Origin: Octopus vulgaris
Taxonomy: Eukaryota
Direction: 5' to 3'
Assembly: GCA_951406725.2 (NCBI GenBank)
Contig: OX597835.1
Coordinates: 29,822,001-29,886,000, forward strand
DNA: 64,000 nucleotides
Below, piece after piece: positions 41,087 to 54,653 of the stretch. How positions within the stretch are numbered: position 1 is the first letter of the stretch; each line of letters begins with the position of its first letter. The position numbers were made by a program, and so were the translations under genes. A model generated the notes under the pieces. The model ran no database searches, was not told the DNA's origin, and worked only from the letters and a program-made list of their open reading frames with translations.

Positions 41087-42285
41087 GGAAAAGAAAGAGA
41101 CAGACAGATTGTGTTGCAAATATAAATTAAAAAATTTCGCCAGAACATAATATTATGTATCAAATGTTAAAACTCACTCTGTAGTGAACGTAAAGCTTGG
41201 GAACGAATCCTTAATTCCTTAAAAATGTTTTAGCCCGAAGGCCGCGGCCATGCTGGGGCACCACCGCTGAATATTTAAATTTGTGATATTAAATAATAAC
41301 ATACGCTTCAAAACTGCCTTTTTATCGATATATTTTAACAGAGGATTTTATCTAAATTTTCCAAAGAGTCGAACCTATAAAAGCTCGTTAAAAAACAATC
41401 TTGTACCGAATATTTAAATTGGTGAACTTGAAATATTCAATAATAAAAGGAAGTTGAGAAAGTAAATTTTCATGACAACTTCAATTTATAAAAATTCTCA
41501 CTTTCTTTGTAAATATTTCTTTCAGCAATTTATCGTAGTTGTAATATATCTCTAATCTAAACAAACTACAAGGTAAACTAATTACGTTTAGTATGCTAGA
41601 AATAGCAGCGGTCACATAATTACTGGCTTATAGCGTTACAAACAGCCATACCAACAAAATCACTTCTGAATTTTTCCTAAAAACTCATACCGGCATATTA
41701 AAAAAAAACAATTCATACTCTGAAAAATATTCATTTAACAAATTCCGGAAACTGATACTATAATTCTCAAAGTTAAACAGTTGTTTTGAGTAATAGCATT
41801 CATTCATTCAATTAATAATCCTTTTACATTACGTATATTGAATAAACTGCGTTTTGCAAATGGCGAATTAAAACTTGAAATAAAAACATTAAAATGAATA
41901 TATATTAAATTATCTTTAATAAAAATAGAGGGAGGGAGAGAGAGAGAGAGAAAGAGAGAGAGAGTGAGTGAGTGAGAGAAACTGTTGCAAATTAATAATA
42001 TTGTTTATTAAACTTTAAAATATACTCCGCAGTGAATGCAACGAATATTTAAATTTGTGAAAAACTAGTAGTTCAAATATTCAATAAACTTCAGAAATCG
42101 AAATTACAGGAATTTTCTTGGAACATGAAATTATAAAAAAAAAACATTTCCAGACAGTCAAGCCTTTAATAATTGGTTTCTTTTAGTAACTGTTACATAC
42201 CTAATTAACTAATAAATAAGCAGCTTTCTTCATTATAATACACACACATATATATATATATAAATTGTGTGGATGACTGTTGCTC

Positions 42286-42359
<74 letters not shown>

Positions 42360-42450
42360 GCACATATGTATGTATATATATATAATATTAGGGACCATAA
42401 ATCCAAACTTACAGGGAAAAATTCAATTTATTATTAAATCAAATTTCACA

Positions 42451-42497
<47 letters not shown>

Positions 42498-42521
42498 ATA
42501 TTTATTTATATATATATTATT

Positions 42522-42553
<32 letters not shown>

Positions 42554-42566
42554 ATTTATATATATA

Positions 42567-42633
<67 letters not shown>

Positions 42634-42684
42634 ATTGGTGAATTGAAGAAATGGAGCTGAACGCAGATTGAACAGAAATCGTTT

Positions 42685-42778
42685 TATTTCATTCTACACG
42701 TGTTTCGAAAGGCACAAATTACCAAAATCCGATTGAATAATGGGACCATATTGTGTCTTTCTCTTCAGGAAGAAAATA
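42685..42778 (-). ncRNA. type I hammerhead ribozyme, canonical core
   Basis: TATTTTCTTC CTGAAGA GAAAGACACAA...TTGTGCCTTTC GAAAC ACGT GTA GAATGAAATA; AATAAA overlaps the 3' strand of helix I. Confidence 0.85.
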
Positions 42779-43305
42779 GGAAATCCGTTGGAAAAACAAA
42801 AACAGAACAGAGGCGGAGCAAAAACAAATCGAACTATGCTCCTAAGAGCCCATGGCGAAACTGTTTATCAGTGTATGTTGAGAACCGGTGGCTGAAGAAT
42901 TTAACGGGTCAGGCATCGGTCAATCATGTGGGTGAGGGTGTGTGGGTGTTCTTTGTGACCGAGAATAAAGTTCTGACTATTTAAGGAATATTGGATGTTT
43001 TATAAGGGGCGAGAAAAAATCTACTTAGAGACGTGTGTGTGTGTATACTGTTCTATATATGTGTGTGTTGGCGTAGGGGTAGAAAACATTTTTTGTGTAC
43101 GTGTGTGCGTTTGATCGTTCGGCTGTCAGTGGCTACTGCAGTGAGAACCGTTGGGTGGCAGAAAAAAAAATATATATATTATGTTTTATGTGCCACCGGT
43201 TCTCAACATACACTGATAAACAGTTTCGCCATGGGCTCTTAGGAGCATAGTTCGATTTGTTTTTGCTCCGCCTCTGTTCTGTTTTTGTTTTTCCAACGGA
43301 TTTCC

Positions 43306-43399
43306 TATTTTCTTCCTGAAGAGAAAGACACAATATGGTCCCATTATTCAATCGGATTTTGGTAATTTGTGCCTTTCGAAACACGTGTAGAATGACATA
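43306..43399 (+). ncRNA. type I hammerhead ribozyme, canonical core
   Basis: CTGAAGA at 43316-43322; helix II 43323-43333 with 43367-43377; GAAAC at 43378-43382; predicted cleavage after A43389. Confidence 0.85.
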
Positions 43400-43605
43400 A
43401 AACGATTTCTGTTCAATCTGCGTTCAGCTCCATTTCTTCAATTCACCAATAATGTTTTAATTTCAATTATCCGCACCAACGCACGGTTGCAACACCATAT
43501 GGTTGTACCTCCAACCGTGCTGTTTACTGCTGTGATTTTTGCTACTAAGGTATCGGTTAAACTTTTGATTAATCTACTACAAGATTATTCATCTTTCTAT
43601 TTCAC

Positions 43606-43654
<49 letters not shown>

Positions 43655-43660
<6 letters not shown>

Positions 43661-43931
43661 GAAAAACCACAATTATGCATTTCAAACAATGATATACGTA
43701 AATCATACCATATAGAAAAAATAAAATATACGATAAAACATTTACCTAGATCACATTGAAGATATAGCCACGAAACGTACGTAGTCTATTTACTAATTAT
43801 ATACTATTTATTTATTATTATGTACTATATTGTGATATAGGTAAATATTTTATCGTATATTTTATTTCTTCTATGTGGTATAATTTACGTCTATCATTGT
43901 TTGAATTACATAATAGTGCTTTTTCTCTAAT
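43655..43931. repeat. diverged about 100-bp inverted repeat in (TA)n with a central hammerhead-like remnant
   Basis: 43655-43755 versus 43831-43931; centre TTGAAGA...GAAACGTACGTA. Confidence 0.7.
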
Positions 43932-43932
43932 T

Positions 43933-43983
<51 letters not shown>

Positions 43984-44325
43984 ATATATATATTGGCCTG
44001 CTCGCTTAGCCAGCGGGGTGGCGTCATTCGAAGGCTAAAACAATGTGAAGCGCATTGTGACCAGCGATGTGAAGCAACATCTGATAGCCTGGTTGGTGAC
44101 GATAACGATGATATATATATATATATATATATATTATACATTTGCTGCGGGATTCCCCACAGTTTCTATTTTCAAACTTTTCACATAAGGTATTAGTCGG
44201 CCTCGGGCTATTGTAGAAGACGTTCACCCAAAATACCACGCTGTGGGATTGAACGCAAAGTTACCTGGCTGCAAGCCACACTTCTTAACTGCATAACTAT
44301 GCCTGTGCGTCCGCCCAAATACGCG

Positions 44326-44356
<31 letters not shown>

Positions 44357-45081
44357 AACGCCCACTTACATGCAAACACACGCACATACCTATCTATCTG
44401 CCTGTCTGTCTGTATGTATGTATGTGTGCATGTACGTATGCAGGTATGAATGTATGTATGTTATGTATTTAGGGGTCTTAATACAGCGAAGTGAAACGAA
44501 ATATTTCCTTTATCACGTAACATGACTATATCCTGGACCGTAAAAAAACAGAAAAAAAACTAGTTTCATCTTTACAAAGCATCGTCATCAGCCAATCGGT
44601 TGACGTCTGTGGAAAAGAAGATCAATCATGTTTTTGAGGTTCTTCAGTCACTGCTTCAATACACAAATAGATGAATACACACACACAAACCACACACACA
44701 TAAAACCATTGCCCGCAATACATACATTCATATATACATAACATAACATACATAAATACATACGCACAGAAATAGTTGTAGTTAATAAGTGTGTGTGTGT
44801 GTGCATGTGTTTGTGTATGTGTATGTGTTTGCATACACGTGCATACATACCAGTGTAAATACACATTTACATATATGCATGTATGTTATATATATGTCTG
44901 TACAGTGCATGTGAATGTGTATATATGTATAAATGTATGTTTCCAAGCATATATTTTCATACAAACTTACACACACATACGCATGCCTATATTTATTTAC
45001 ATATGTACATTTATATATATACCTATATTAATCCATACGTACGTCGAAAGAGACACACACACTTGTATATATATACACCAC

Positions 45082-45124
<43 letters not shown>

Positions 45125-45145
45125 TATATATATATATACATACAT

Positions 45146-45269
<124 letters not shown>

Positions 45270-45409
45270 ATACACACGTATATGCGTAGTATTCCTATCA
45301 GAGAACGGCTGATATTTCGCATCGTTCTCGATATAGAATTCAGAAAATTCAAGCAATATTTCTGACTCCAATGAGATCTAACTTCAAAGTTATACAAGCA
45401 GATTTAGTT

Positions 45410-45444
<35 letters not shown>

Positions 45445-45719
45445 CTTTGTTATTTTGGAAAAAATGTTGGTATGTATACCAATATCCCTTAACATCCTCA
45501 AATAGCGTCAGAAATATATAAATTCGATTCAACAGTTCAGCGAAATAAGATCACCTCGAAGTCCCGGGTTCAATCTCCCTACAAAGGCAGCGTTTCGAAA
45601 ACAGGAGTTATGATTTACGTGGGTCTGGTTCCTTTAAAGTTTGGCGTGAGTTCTTCCTCACAAGATTTCTCTTGTCGTTCGCTCGCCCCGTAAGGAGTTT
45701 TTCATTATTATGTACGATA

Positions 45720-46115
45720 TTGGCTTCAAATTTTGGCACAAGGCCAGCAAGATCGCGATAGGGGACACGTTAATTACTTTGACTCTAGTGCTCAACTGGT
45801 ACTTAGTTTATCGACTACGAGCTGTTGGAAGGCAAAGTCGACCGCAGCAGAATTTGAACTCAGAACGTAAGGACGAACGAAATGCCTCTAAGCATTTTTC
45901 CAGAGTTCTCACAATGTGTAAGGCGGCGAGTTGACAGAATTGTTAGCTCGCCGGAGAAAACGTTTACCAGCATTTTGTACGTCTTTACATTCTGAGTTCA
46001 AATTCTGCTAACGTTGACTCTGCTTTTCATCCTTTCGAGGTTGATAAAATTATTAGTTGTCGAGCACTGTGGTTGATGTAAACCACTTGCCCTTCCCCTC
46101 AAAATTGCTGGACGT
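45720..46115. mobile_element. head-to-head pair of SINE family B
   Basis: Minus copy at about 45720-45915 and plus copy from AAGGCGGCGAG at about 45920. Confidence 0.75.
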
Positions 46116-46129
46116 ATACCAATGTAACT

Positions 46130-46578
46130 GTTTGTGTATCTGTGTTTGTCCCCCCAAACATCGCTTGACAACCAATGCTGGTGTGTTTACGTCCCCGTAA
46201 CTTAGCGGTTCAGCAAAAGAATAAGTACTAGGCTTACAAAGAATAAGTCCTGGGGTCGATTTGCTTGACTAAAGGCGGTGCTCCATCATGGCCACAGTCA
46301 AATCACTGAAACAAGTAAAAGAGTAAAAGAGTAAAAGAGATATATATCTGTGTGTGTGTGTGTATATGTTTGTGTGTCTGTGTTTGTCCCCCCAACATCA
46401 CTTGACAACCAATGCTGGTGTGTTTACGTCCCCGTAACTTAACGATTCAGCAAAAGAGACCGATAGAATAAGTACTAGCCTTACAAAGAATAAGTCCTTG
46501 AGTCGACTTGTTCGGCTGAAGGCGCTTCTCCACCATGGCCGCAGTCAAATGACTGAAACAAGTAAAAGAGTAAAGAGT
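46130..46578 (+). mobile_element. two tandem SINE family A tail modules
   Basis: TGTGTTTGTCCCCC...CTGAAACAAGTAAAAGAG occurs twice without heads. Confidence 0.8.
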
Positions 46579-47034
46579 TCGGATATTGTTGTTTTATACA
46601 GAGAAGAAAAAGTACGTACCGTCTAAGCTGCCCAGCTGATGTAAATACATCTTTGAAAATCGAAGAGGCAAAGAGAAAGAGGATAACTACGGACAACAGC
46701 TTCGAAACCTCCAGTTTCTGTATTTAGATTATAAATTCACATTTTTACCAATAATAAATGGTGTACTTTTTAGTGAGTAAACGCGTAAGTGAGGATCTAG
46801 ATAAGCTAGGGTTTTCAGAAAAAAAAACCAACTAACCCATTCGCATATTATAAATATTATCTGTACATGGAGGAGTAAAAAATATGTAAAACTTATCTCA
46901 AGTTTAAAATGTGATATTGGCTTTGTTATCCACATTCCAATGATGGAGCTTTGTATCTTTGGAAGAAACTAGATTATAAATTCACATTTATGTTAAAAAT
47001 AATTGGTTCACTAGGTTTTGTGAAGAAGTGCCTA

Positions 47035-47400
47035 TGTAGCATTGAAAGCTACAGTAATGCCAGAACGGGTCGACACTGTACAGGGCCAAAGATCCCAGCA
47101 ATGCCATCGCGCTTCAGGACCAGTTACTGCAACAACCTGAGATTCAGAGGCCCACAGATTTTCAATATTCTCTCAAAGAGCCTGAGGGACCAACACAAAG
47201 TGGATATAGGTGTTTTCAAATCTGGACCTCTTCCTGTCGAGAGTCCCAGGTGAACCTACCTCACAGCAAGAAGTGCAAATGAGGGTAGCGGCATCAAACT
47301 CCATTATTCACCAAATGCCACATATTAGAGGAGGCTCTCAGTAATAATAGTGTAGCAAAACGGCGGTGCCCCAGCATGGTCACAGCTTTGAGCTGAAACT
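47035..47400 (+). mobile_element. CR1-like LINE 3' end
   Basis: Peptide NARTGRHC..PKIP...RFRTSYCNNLRFRGPQIFNILSKSLRD; 3' UTR ends GGCGGTGCCCCAGCATGGTCACAGC..TGAAAC. Confidence 0.7.
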
Positions 47401-49220
47401 ACAAAAAAAGTGACAATTTGAATAACCTAGGATTTTCAAAAAAAAAACAAAACAAAAAAAACAAACAAACAAGAAAAACAGAAATCAACCGGCTGATACG
47501 CAAATAACAAATGTTATCTGTAAGCAGAATAATAAAAATCTGCAAGACTTTTCTCAAGTTTAAAATGTGAATATAAATGCAAGATACTAGATTCCCATAA
47601 GTTATAGCAGTGTTGCCAAGACGGTTTAATATACTATACACAAGAAGGTTGCCTCGACAACCATACCAAAGGCCAACCAGAACCAGGAATTATTCACACT
47701 TTTAAAAATAAAGAATAGTGGTAGGTGCAACTGGGGTACGTTTTGAATAATTTTATTGATTTCCAAATCGGTACAGGCGATGTATATAGTGGGTGTCGTG
47801 TTGGGGTTGGTATTGATGCTGGTGTTGGTAATGTGGTGGCGGTGGTATTCATGGGGGTGTAAGTGATTGTGACTAAAATCTGGTATCTAAAGAAAATGGT
47901 TCATATAAAAGAGTTGTATGGGAGTAAGATTTTTTTTATCAGTTTAACTTGTGTGAGGAGGAATGAAGGTTACAACGTTTCGGGTTGTTGCTCTTTGTGT
48001 GAGAGTGGGGAAGATAGAGTTAGAGAGAGAGGAGCGAAAGGGAGGGGAGTGAGAGAGAGAACACAAGAGAAAGGGAGAGGGGGAAACAGAAACTGAGAGA
48101 GAAAGAGAGAGAGAGACAGGGAAGAAGAAGGGAAAGAAAGAGAAAGAGAGGAAGAAGTAAAGAGAGAAAGAGAGGAAGGGAAAGAGCGAGAGAGAGAGAG
48201 AGTATGATTTTATATAAAGTTTGGAATCGGTGATCAGGAAGAATCGTTATATCATTGGATAAAATTCCTTGAGCATTCATTTGCCTCGACTCCTACGTTC
48301 TGAGTTCAGATCACACCGAGAGAGAGAGCAACAAGGGAAAATGAGCCAGAAAGTGAGAAAGACGGAGAGAGAAAGAGAGAGAGAGAGATATAGATAGAGA
48401 GAGAGAGACAGGCAGACAGACACACAGATAGAGAGTGAGAGAATAAGGGAAAGAGAAAGATAGTGACAACGTCTTTCTTACTTTCTCTCTCTTTCTCATT
48501 ATTTTCTGACGAAGTCTAATATCCCGAAACAGTCGCTTCTTCACTTGTATCAGCAATTAAACGGATAAAACTGTTCTATGAACTTCGCTATTGTCGATTT
48601 AGTGAACAGAAATCTTCAAAAAAACAGAAACCCCCACCCAAACAAAAAACTACGAAACAGAATAATAAAGAAAACGCCCCACTCCACCTTATCCTACACA
48701 CCCACCTCCTACAAAATATTAAAGAAAAACAAGAATTAAAACAACAGAAAAATAATAATGTGAAAAGGGAAAAGTAAACTAAAATATTTTAAAACGAAGA
48801 AAACATATTTTTTAAAGATTTTAATCTGTTTTCATTTCAACATTTCAATTGTTGAAACGATAGACGGATTAGTGGGTGGCGGTGTGGAGTGGTACGATGA
48901 CGGTGAAGTATGGTGGTGGTGGGGGTTGTAGTAGTCTCGTGATGGGGCGTAGTGTGGTTGTGTAGGGTGGATGCAGTGAAGGTTTGTAGTGGTTTCGTGT
49001 GATGGCGATGGCGCAGGGTGGTGGTGGTGGTGGTGTAGTTGCACTAGTGACAGTGGTGGTACAGATTGTTGGTATAGGAGATGGTGGTGTGGTGGTGGTG
49101 GTGGCATAAGTTGTAGTGGCGGTGGTATAGGATTGTAGTGTGAAGTGTGGGTTATAATTTAGTGGTGTATTTGTGTAGGCGATACTATCAGGTGGTGTTG
49201 GCGTGGTAGAGTACCTATCG

Positions 49221-49255
<35 letters not shown>

Positions 49256-49395
49256 GATCGATCGATCGATCTGTCTGTCTACCTGTCTGTCTATCTGCCA
49301 GTCTGTTTATCTGCTTGCCTGTCTACCTGTCTGTCTATCCGCTTGTCTCTCTGGCTATCTGCATGTCTATCTGTCTCTCTTTCCTTCCTTGCCTT

Positions 49396-49458
<63 letters not shown>

Positions 49459-49768
49459 GTCTGTATGTCTGTCTGTCTGTCTACCTGTCTGTCTGTCGCT
49501 TTTCTCTCCCTCCTTTGTAATCATTTAATAAATAGATATATCTGAATGTTTACTGGCTGATGTTTGTCGATTGTATATCCTCTCCCTTTCCTTATGTGCC
49601 TTATAACCTCTGGGTAAATTTCCAATTAACCCCAACCCATACGTAGTATTCAATTGCAATATTGCCATGCTGTAGTAAGCACTTGGTTAAAAATACGTAG
49701 ATACACATCTAGTAGTATATTGGATGTTTAATATCCCTTAGATGGTTTCTTAATCCCTAACTCATACA

Positions 49769-49841
<73 letters not shown>

Positions 49842-50216
49842 ATATATATATATGTATATATATATAAGATTTTCTATTTTGAATATATTTGGGGTATTTA
49901 GGTCTGCTCAGAACTTAGTGCTTGCTTTTTCCATGGGTATAAGTAAGTATTTCATTTATGTCTTACGTATTTATCGCTGAGGAGAAGAAAATTCTTATGA
50001 ATTAAGTTTGAAATTGGGACCAGTACGGTAATAACAGAATTTTTTAGAAATTTCTATCGGCTCGTTTCGAGACGCATAAATTATAATGGTTATGAACAAT
50101 ATGTCTAATTTCGGCATATTTGGCATTAGAATTTTTCTTTTGCCCTTATTTTATAAGTTATTTATAATTTAACCTTTAAAGGTATTTTTCGAAAAAATTT
50201 TATCCTACATTAGATG

Positions 50217-50280
<64 letters not shown>

Positions 50281-50381
50281 GAGAGAGAGAGAGAATTCAC
50301 AAAAAAAAAAAACAAAAGACGGAGACAGGTGGTGTAGACAACAAAAATATGTATTAGTTTAACGCTTGGGAAGTGAAAAAG

Positions 50382-50419
50382 TCTTTAACGTTTCGAGCCT
50401 AAGCTCTTCCACAGAAAGA
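50382..50419 (-). ncRNA. minimal hammerhead-like motif, A6U variant, copy 1
   Basis: TCTTT CTGTGGA A GAGC ttag GCTC GAAAC GTT AAAGA, within a repeat at about 50293-50445. Confidence 0.6.
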
Positions 50420-50444
50420 AATACAAAGAAACAAGGAGAGAAAA

Positions 50445-50489
<45 letters not shown>

Positions 50490-51559
50490 TATGGAGAGAG
50501 AGAGAGGGGGGAGAGAATGAGAGAACGAGAGAGAGGGAGAGAGAGGGAGAGAGAGGGAGAGAGAGAAAGACAGATAGAAAGAGAGCGTGAGAGATAGAAA
50601 AGACGTAAATAATATAAATTGTAGATTCATGAAGGGATCAAAAAGTGTATATGCATGAACGTGTTTTGTGTGTATACAAACGTGCTTAGACGTGTATAAA
50701 CATGTATCTACACTTGCGCATGTGTGTAGGTGTCTATATGAAAATATGTGTGTTTGAAGATGTATATATGAGTGTAGGTATGTGCTTATGTAGAATGTTC
50801 GTTTGTACATGTGTATGTGTATACGCGTGTTAAATGCATGTATGTGTGTGTATATGTGTGTCTATACAAGCGCGTGTGTGTATGCTTGGAAATATGTGCG
50901 ATTGAATGAGTGTATATATGAATGGCAGTGTGTGGATACGCAATTAATCTCTGTGCGTGGAAAGGTGTATATATATATTCGTGTATGTGTGTGTAGCTGG
51001 GTTTATACAGTTGTGTGTGTATATTCGTGTGTGATATGGATAATTGTGGAGTTATTTATTGAATTAATGGAAGGATTAATGACAACAACAACAGCGAAAG
51101 CGACAGCAATAACAAGAACCACACCAACATCTTTTAAACCGATAACAACAACCACAATATCAACAACAAAATAACGGTAATAAACACAAAAGTAACAACA
51201 ACAACAACAACAACAAGACAATAAGGATAAAATGTAGAAACCATAATAACTGCAATGTAACAACAGTAACAAACGAACAGCAATAACAACAGCAATAACG
51301 AAACAATAAAGTTTTAAACAACAACAGAAACAACAACAGCTGTGACTATAATGCCAACAACAAAACTATGGCGATAAACACAACAATAATGGCGATAAAT
51401 AGAGGCATAAGAAAATACAAATGGCGGCGTAATAAAGAAATTTTTTTCGAAACGATAGGATTAGCAAGATTATTATTATTGTTGTTGTTGTTGTTGTTGA
51501 TATTGTTGCTGTTGTGGGCGTTGTTTTTGTTTTTTGTTGTGGTTGTTGTCACTGTTGAT

Positions 51560-52071
51560 TGTTGGCGTTGTCGTTGTTCTTACTAATGTTTTCTTCGCTG
51601 TCATCGTCGACTCCGCCGTCGTCGTCGCCATTGTCTTCATCATCATCGTCATCAACATAATCGTTAGTAACGGCGTCGTCGTCGTTGTCATCGTCATCGT
51701 CATCGTCGTCATCATCATTATCGTCATCATCGTCGTCATTATCGTCCTCTTCATCATTATCGTCGTTGTAATTGTCGTCGACGTCGTCGTCGTCGTCGTC
51801 ATAGTCGTCGTCACCACCATCATCATCAAAATACTCTTTCGCAGTAGCAGCAGCAGTTGCTAACCCCATCGCTGTAGTCGTTGTCGTCATCGTCATCGTA
51901 GTTATCATCATCATCATCATCATCATCATCACCACCACCATCATCATCATCATCATCATCGTCATCATCATCATCACCATCATCACCATCACCATCATCA
52001 TCATGATCATCATGATCATCATCACCATCATCATCACCATCACCATCATCATCATCACCATCAATATCACC

Positions 52072-52121
<50 letters not shown>

Positions 52122-52240
52122 AATTATCTCTACCACCGCCACCACCAACTACCGTCAACACAACGAACAGCACCACCACCACCAGCACCACCACCAGCAC
52201 CACCACCAGCACCACCATCACCACCGCCACCCCCACCCCC
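51560..52240. repeat. (CAT/CGT/CAC)n triplet tract
   Basis: Simple repeats that produce poly-D, poly-M and poly-I ORFs. Confidence 0.9.
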
Positions 52241-52391
52241 CTACCGCCCTCAACCTTAACACATACCATCGCTATAACTCTATCCCCCGGAGCTAATGTT
52301 AAGTATAATGGTAGGATTATTTCTAAACCGAAAGATTAAAAAGCCGACTGCTTTCTTAAATACCTCTAAAGTCTTTGACGTAGCTTTGTAT

Positions 52392-52454
<63 letters not shown>

Positions 52455-52554
52455 CACACACACACACACACATGCACACACACACACAAGCAAATACACA
52501 CACACATGTACGTGTGTGTCTGTGTTGCTCTTTTAGCTATTACGTCTATTTGCC

Positions 52555-52637
<83 letters not shown>

Positions 52638-52995
52638 GTTTTTGTTGCTATTGTCTTTCTTTTTGTTTTGGGTCTGGTTTTGTGGTTTTATTTTTCTGTT
52701 TTTTCTTCTTGAAGAAATATTAAAGTCAAAATATTTCTTTCTGGTATTCCCTACCCAAATTTCTATTGTTGTTGTTGCTATTCTTATTGTCGTCGTTGTC
52801 GTCGTCTATGTTGTTGTTGTTATTGTAAATTGTTAATGTTACCGTAAAAATATTTATTTGTTTACTTAACCGCTCCTTCCTTTCCTTCTTCCCCACCAAC
52901 ATTCCCTCAATCCACTCCTGTTATAATAGCTTTCTGCATAACGAATTAGATCTATGATGATGATGGTGGTGGTGATTATGATGCTGATGATGATG

Positions 52996-53044
<49 letters not shown>

Positions 53045-53074
53045 TGATAATAATAATAATAATAATAATAATAA

Positions 53075-53500
<426 letters not shown>

Positions 53501-53694
53501 CTACAGAAGGCACAATGCCTGAAACAATGGGGAAGGATACTAGGCGATTACATTCACTCCAATGCTTCAATGGTTCTTAATTTATCGACCCCGAAAGGAT
53601 ATAAAGCAAAGTCGACCTCATGGCCAGTAATTTCGGGAGAGGGGATATGTAGTTTACAACGGCCTCAGTGCTCAGCTGGTACTTATTTTATCAA

Positions 53695-54653
53695 CCCTGA
53701 TCTAGTCTTCATAGCTGAACCTATCGGAGAATTAGAGAAGAAATTCCAGTCATGGAAGCTAATGCTGTAATTGAGAGGCCTTAAGGTTATCGTAGCAAAG
53801 ACTACGGTTTTAGTAAGTAGTAAAGATGATAGGACCTTCAGAGTAAGGGCTTTGCTCAATATGTAGAAAAGGGCTAGGTATAATCTCTCTAAGTTATACT
53901 CGATGTAAGCTATGCACACACAAGATATGTAGGAGAAATCACTGGGAGACTATTCGAAACTATAAGCTTCTTGTGCCTTAAATGCACTGGGGCAGTTTAT
54001 GCAAGTTTATACAAGCACATCAGAAACTGAGTCTCTTAACTACCCAGATGGCTTATTGGTAGCTTTTGTTACCATTTAACTAGTAAAGGAAATGGTTGCT
54101 TTGAGTAAGTGTCTGCTAGAGTAAGAAGTGGTTGGAGGAAGTTCAAGAAGCTACTCTCACTGCTGACAATAGTGATCCTTTTCCTAAGAATAAGAGTGAA
54201 GGACAGATTGTATGATGTTTGTGTCAGAACTGCATTGCTGCATGGCAGTGAGACACGGTCCTTGAATAGTTGGACTTGAAAAGGGTGGAAAGAAAAAATT
54301 AAGCGAGCATGAAATGTTTGATGTGCAATGTTAGTGTACGTGAAATAATTATTACAAAAGTGGTGAATAAATATCTGGGCATTAAAGGAATCAGATGTTG
54401 TGTTCGTGAAAGAAGACCGCGCTGGGATCGACATGTAATGTGTATGAATGAGGACAGCTGTATAAAGAAGCGCTGTTCGCTTAATGTGGCAGGAACCTGT
54501 GCAAAAAGAAGATTCCAGAAGACATGCGGTGAAGTGGTAGAAGCTGACCTCAGGATTTCGAGCCAGACGGATGTGATAACAAAAGCTGCGGGATGTCTGG
54601 CGATATATATTTCTCAAAAAGACTCGTCCACCTCAGCAAGACTGACTCCTTGA
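53695..54653 (+). pseudogene. RTE-clade LINE RT and C-terminal relic
   Basis: DLVFIAE..ELEKKFQSWK and LGIKGIRCCVRERRPRWDRHVMCMNEDSCIK (RLRW.GHV.RM-like); stops and frameshifts. Confidence 0.75.

Larger units (their letters stand above)
42625..43459. mobile_element. Penelope-type terminal repeat in inverted arrangement: 268-bp arms, 299-bp spacer
   Basis: 42625-42892 is the reverse complement of 43192-43459 (one mismatch seen by eye); each arm holds a hammerhead; the insert extends to about 43608 and lies within (TA)n. Confidence 0.8.

Noticed and set aside
42700-43384. Two ORFs with the same N-terminal 64 aa on opposite strands
   Set aside because: Consequence of the inverted repeat; they are antisense to the ribozyme and start at GTG
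44555-44595. Minus-strand CTGATGA...GAAACTAGTT
   Set aside because: Helix II is not closed next to the core and helix I has only G-U pairs
48500-48540. CTGACGA...GAAACAGTC
   Set aside because: Neither helix I nor helix II pairs
49972-50085. CTGAGGA...GAGACGCATA in a TA-flanked insert
   Set aside because: Multiple core mismatches; possibly a dead ribozyme but not supportable from one copy
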